Assembly: GCA_051294375.1 (NCBI GenBank)
Contig: JBJCIZ010000810.1
Span: forward strand, 85,379-149,378
From: Paraspadella gotoi
Taxonomy: Eukaryota; Animalia; Chaetognatha
Reading direction: 5' to 3'
DNA: 64,000 bases
The translations under genes and the position numbers were made by a program. The notes beneath the pieces are model-generated. The model did no database searches. It saw nothing but the letters and a program-made list of their open reading frames with translations, and had not been told where the DNA came from. Positions within the stretch are counted from its first letter, which is position 1. Each line of letters begins with the position of its first letter. Positions 63,001 through 64,000 of the stretch are shown here, piece by piece.

Positions 63001-63439
63001 TCACTCATCCTTGTAAGGCCATGACAATGTTTTAGAATCGACGTCATAATTAAATTTTCTAGCTATGCCTTGCTCTTTGCATTCCCTTCGCCGACATATA
63101 TGTGTATTTTGTTTGCAAAATTTTATTTCTAAACAAGTGTCTTGGATCATATGAGGAGTTGAAGTTGATGTTAGCCTCAGCTGGTGTCGAAAATGTCATT
63201 GATGTCTGCCTGTGGTGTTAGAAGTTATTCTCCTGCTTTGGCTGTTAAAAAATGTGCTTGGGGTTGAAGGTGCTGTTGTGATGGTCAGAGTTGATCGTTG
63301 TTGTTAGATGTTGTTCTTCTCGTTGTAAAGTTGACGTCATATTAACTTTAAGATGCGAGGGTGACTCAGCAGATAATTTTTAAGCGCAGAGGTTTCTGTA
63401 CATTCCTGATTGACGCTATTTTTGAAAATTTTTTGGAGA

Positions 63440-63875
63440 AGATGAAATCGGGAGCTCGCAAGTATGGTGCGAGGACCCCTTGCAGACGAAACAACGAACC
63501 AATTTAGAACCGACAGTGCTTTGGAGACATGACCGGCACGCTCAGACCCATCTAAAACAGAGTCGATGATTCAGTAGCAAATAATTTTTTGTCATTGAAA
63601 TGAAGAGTTCTGAATTGGAAACAGTGGGTTATTGAGTGGTCATTTCTACAAAAGAGGCAGGTCATAGATTTTGAAGATTGCGGAGAGAGAAAAAAATTTG
63701 GTGTTTTTAATTGAGTTGGGGTCTTCATTATGAGCGCATATCTCCTTCGCGCGGATTTTTGATTGTGACTAACGGTCGCCAAAAACTTTCCTTCATGTCC
63801 TGTGGCTGTAGTAGAGGGAGACAAGACAGGAGAGATAGAATTTTCTTTCCTATCATTTTTATCATATTGAGGCAA
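63440..63875 (-). pseudogene. Degenerate BEL/Pao gag zinc-knuckle region
   Basis: CLFCRNDHSITHC then, across frameshifts, LCFR..GHVSK..CFVCKGSSHHT. Confidence 0.7.
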
Positions 63876-64000
63876 GGTCCCGGCGAGTGGTGAGTCATGG
63901 TGAGATAATTCTGCTTGCTTTTCTTTTGTTGCTTTCAGCTCGATTTTGAGGTCACTCAGTTCCTTTTCTTTTATGTTAAGTTCATGATCTTTTTCATCCA

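Overview
AT-rich, repeat-dense eukaryotic (probably invertebrate animal) genomic DNA. The assembly is noisy: 25-N gaps, indel-rich raw-read-like segments and large near-identical duplications (about 19.0-23.1 kb vs 28.9-33.0 kb, 33.3-40.9 kb vs 41.0-48.5 kb, 4.3-5.7 kb vs 12.5-14.7 kb). No prokaryotic features, rRNA, tRNA or CRISPR arrays were found. The window is a nested transposon cluster. It holds a near-intact CsRn1/Kabuki-type Ty3/Gypsy element (20024-25302: CHCC gag, -1 frameshift signal, tRNA-Trp-like PBS) with a partial second copy, and a 660-bp TRIM with the same PBS type and a strongly structured LTR inserted into a BEL/Pao LTR. Also present: several BEL/Pao relics (one with RT deleted), a Mag-type 5' end, a Transib MITE with RSS-like CACAGTG ends, a Mutator-like MITE, Helentron-associated (HINE-like) elements, Penelope-type minimal hammerhead motifs and satellites. 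A spliced minus-strand gene fragment of unknown identity lies at 25.7-28.2 kb. Most striking: the unrelated Gypsy and BEL integrases both end in the identical AT-hook peptide KRGRPRKQP, and the TRIM and Gypsy form a candidate autonomous/non-autonomous pair. All assignments come from reading motifs by eye; no database searches were run.
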